From the NCBI GenBank assembly GCA_016929525.1, contig JAFGIP010000048.1, forward strand, positions 71,456 through 135,455: a stretch of DNA of 64,000 bases. Reading direction: 5' to 3'. Position numbers and translations under genes: made by a program. This stretch comes from Bacteroidales bacterium. Its GTDB lineage: Bacteria > Bacteroidota > Bacteroidia > Bacteroidales > UBA10428. The stretch's first letter is position 1. Each line of letters opens with the position of its first letter. The notes under the pieces are model-generated. The model was not told the origin of the DNA. It made no database searches and saw only the letters and a list, made by a program, of their open reading frames with translations. Below are positions 61,585-64,000 of this stretch, one piece after another.

Positions 61585-62616
61585 ATGGGTAACAATAAAA
61601 AACGAATTGGATCCTTTGAGAAATACCTGACCCTGTGGGTAGCACTATGCATTATATCAGGAATAGTTATAGGACATTTCACAGGTGATAGAATTGTTAT
61701 TTTAAGCAATTTTGAAATTTATAAAGTCAATATTCCGGTCGCAATTCTGATATGGCTTATGATATACCCGATGATGTTACAGGTAGATTTTTCAAGCATT
61801 AAAAACGTTGGTAAGCGCCCAAAAGGTCTCATTCTTACAATTATTGTCAATTGGTTAATAAAACCTTTTACGATGACATTTTTTGCATGGATTTTTTTTT
61901 CGAAGTTATATTCTGCAATTATATTGCCTGAGCAGGCTGGTGAATATATTGCAGGAGCAATAATTCTGGGAGCAGCACCCTGTACGGCAATGGTGTTTGT
62001 ATGGAGTTACCTTACCGATGGAGATCCCAATTATACCTTGGTCCAGGTATCTGTAAATGATTTGATTATTCTTATAGCATTTGTTCCAATTGTTGGCATT
62101 CTTCTGGGCATAACAAATGTTACAATTCCATATAATACCCTGGTAGCAAGTATTGTGGTTTTTGTAGTTATTCCTTTGTTAGCCGGATACATTACACATA
62201 AACTACTGGTTGGAAAAAGAGGTGAAGAATGGTTTAAATATGTATTTCTGCCAAGATTTAAGTCCATTTCTATTTTGGCATTATTAAGTACTTTAATTCT
62301 ACTATTTGCTTTTCAGGGAACGGAGATCGCTAAAAAACCTTTTATGATATTATTGGTTGCTGTGCCGTTAATAATACAAACTTATTTTATCTTCTTTATT
62401 GTATGGTTTGTAGGAAGGCTTCTTAAACTGCCTCACAATATATGCTCACCTGCTTCAATGATAGGTGCCAGTAATTTCTTTGAACTAGCTGTGGCAGTGG
62501 CCATTGCTTTATTTGGATTGCAATCGCCAGCTGCAATGGTCACTGTGGTTGGAGTTCTTGTAGAAGTACCGGTAATGTTATCTTTAGTAATTTTTGCAAA
62601 CAGATGCAAGTATTAA
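61585..62616 (+). CDS. acr3: ACR3 family arsenite efflux transporter
   Basis: FEKYLTLWV, NWLIKPF.M, APCTAMVFVWS, SNFFELAVA, GVLVEVPVML. Confidence 0.95.
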   Translation: MGNNKKRIGSFEKYLTLWVALCIISGIVIGHFTGDRIVILSNFEIYKVNIPVAILIWLMIYPMMLQVDFSSIKNVGKRPKGLILTIIVNWLIKPFTMTFFAWIFFSKLYSAIILPEQAGEYIAGAIILGAAPCTAMVFVWSYLTDGDPNYTLVQVSVNDLIILIAFVPIVGILLGITNVTIPYNTLVASIVVFVVIPLLAGYITHKLLVGKRGEEWFKYVFLPRFKSISILALLSTLILLFAFQGTEIAKKPFMILLVAVPLIIQTYFIFFIVWFVGRLLKLPHNICSPASMIGASNFFELAVAVAIALFGLQSPAAMVTVVGVLVEVPVMLSLVIFANRCKY

Positions 62617-62646
62617 TTATAAAACATTACAGTGTTAATAAAACAA

Positions 62647-62677
62647 AAAACCCGGTTGATTACTCCGGGCTTCTTTT
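62647..62677. terminator. Bidirectional terminator
   Basis: CCCGG/CCGGG stem flanked by A and T-rich runs between convergent genes. Confidence 0.55.
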
Positions 62678-62750
62678 CAGATAAATTCCTTTGATATAAA
62701 TTCCTATACTGAGGACTATGATAAAGTCAAAATAGTTGCATCATGTTAAA

Positions 62751-63902
62751 TTAATATTCCGGATAATTGGTATCTCTGATAACTTTAAAAAAACCTTCAA
62801 TATCAAAATTTTTGTTATTTGGATATACTCCGGAAGCTTTGTAACTGTAAATTCCGGCCGGTGCAATCCGGGCATTGATATAACCATTCCATCCCTGCTT
62901 AATATTTTTTGTTGAGAAGACTTCTATTCCGTTTGAAGCATAAATACTTAATTTATAATCAATAACTCCTTCGTTGACAGGATAGAAAACCGATGTTTCT
63001 GATCCTGCCTGTTCATAGAAACCATTATTGTTTCTTCCAAATTCATTAGGATGGAAATTAAGAGGAAATGATAATTCATAGTTTGCTGCAATGAATTTAT
63101 TTGTGAATTTTGCAGTATCTGTGCATCCATATCCCGATTCTGCGATCAGAATTACATTATAAATGCCAAAATCATCGTAATGATGTACAGGATTTTTTCG
63201 ATTTGAAACCTGAGAATCGCCAAATTCCCAAAGAAATTTTTCGCTTCCTTCAGAACGATTTATAAATACAATATTCCTTTTCCCGATTTCAGATTCTTCT
63301 ATATTAATACTAATCTTTGCTTTGGGCTTTTCCCTGACTTTAATAATTTGTGAGTAACTATCGGATGCATTGTTTTTTCCTTCAACGTTTAAAACAACAT
63401 TAAATATACCTGAAGTATTAAAAGTATAACTCGGGTTTGGTTCTGCAGAAAAGTCACCGTTTCCGAATTCCCAATGGCTCCTTTCAATATTCTTTGAGGT
63501 ATTTTCAAAGTTTACCTGAAAAGGTACACATCCTTCACGAACAGTAACATTGAACCTCGCTTCAGGTATAGGTGCAGCTTCTTTTTCAGTATTGTTGTTT
63601 ATCGATGGTATGTTACCTTCTGAAATGGCTCCCTTCTCATCAGTTTTTTCAGAGATTGTAATTTCTTCTTTTAAATCTTCTGCTTTATTTTTCGTATTGG
63701 TAGTTAACAGTATACCAGAAGCAATGCCACCTGTTAAAAATACTGTATAAAAGATATTAAGCTTTCTGGGTTGTAAGCTGAAAAAATCTGATACCCAAAG
63801 TCTGAATCTCAGCCGGCGCAACAACCCGGCTGATGGCTGCATTCTTTTACCTTTGAATGCTTCCTGAAATGCTTTTTCCAGATTTTGTAATTCTTTTACC
63901 AT
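62751..63902 (-). CDS. PKD domain protein with single TM and T9SS type B (gliding-motility-associated) CTD-like tail; putative anti-sigma factor
   Basis: Short N-terminus, one TM, two PKD motifs (WEFGNG, WEFGDS), tail F.PN…F.P…Y.L.IY..NG..VF…GWNG…G.Y.Y. Confidence 0.75.
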   Translation of the reverse strand: MVKELQNLEKAFQEAFKGKRMQPSAGLLRRLRFRLWVSDFFSLQPRKLNIFYTVFLTGGIASGILLTTNTKNKAEDLKEEITISEKTDEKGAISEGNIPSINNNTEKEAAPIPEARFNVTVREGCVPFQVNFENTSKNIERSHWEFGNGDFSAEPNPSYTFNTSGIFNVVLNVEGKNNASDSYSQIIKVREKPKAKISINIEESEIGKRNIVFINRSEGSEKFLWEFGDSQVSNRKNPVHHYDDFGIYNVILIAESGYGCTDTAKFTNKFIAANYELSFPLNFHPNEFGRNNNGFYEQAGSETSVFYPVNEGVIDYKLSIYASNGIEVFSTKNIKQGWNGYINARIAPAGIYSYKASGVYPNNKNFDIEGFFKVIRDTNYPEY

Positions 63903-64000
63903 TATATCCAGTTTAATTTTTTCATTTCTCTTATAATCCAGTTTTTAGCTCTTAAATATTGGGTTTTAGATGTACTCTCTTCTATGTTTAGCTTTTGTGC
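63902..64000 (-). CDS. ECF sigma factor, C-terminal fragment (runs off the window)
   Basis: Translates to AQKLNIEESTSKTQYLRAKNWIIREMKKLNWI*, a sigma region 4.2 motif. Its TAA overlaps the ATG of the PKD gene. Confidence 0.75.
   Translation of the reverse strand, partial: AQKLNIEESTSKTQYLRAKNWIIREMKKLNWI

Noticed and set aside
929-63750. Numerous 60-150 aa antisense or alternate-frame ORFs in the track
   Set aside because: They lie within well-supported genes and show no recognisable motifs. Treated as shadow ORFs.
1-64000. tRNA, rRNA, prophage, transposase or defence genes other than the TA pair
   Set aside because: No cloverleaf, rRNA-like tract or diagnostic protein motif was found by manual reading. 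A tRNAscan/Infernal run would be more sensitive.

Overview
AT-rich chromosomal window from a Bacteroidota (probably Bacteroidales) genome. The taxonomic call rests on T9SS C-terminal domains, a SusC/SusD pair, TAnnTTTG promoters, and the rimO-ftsY-DUF4295-rpmG-rpmB-cinA and gyrA/clpC syntenies. The left ~30 kb is accessory and rich in secreted or envelope proteins: four T9SS cargo proteins (Ig/PKD, plant-type LRR, FG-GAP, LVIVD), an OmpA protein with unusual repeats, a GH5, an ABC exporter and AsmA. The right ~32 kb is mostly housekeeping, plus an orphan SusCD pair and an arsR-arsC-arsM-acr3 operon. The most striking signal is at 29.6-32.7 kb: a chromosomal cluster of XerC/XerD dif-like sites in largely alternating orientation. 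These sites separate an adenylate cyclase gene, a RelE/ParE toxin-antitoxin pair and two diverged copies of a ~310-330 bp non-coding element. Each element carries a covarying hairpin whose stem contains XerD-arm-like sequence and small inserted palindromes. This resembles pdif-module or IMEX biology. No recombinase gene lies in the window, so the mechanism is inference. No tRNA, rRNA, CRISPR array, transposase or phage genes were found. Family assignments come from motif recognition, not database searches.
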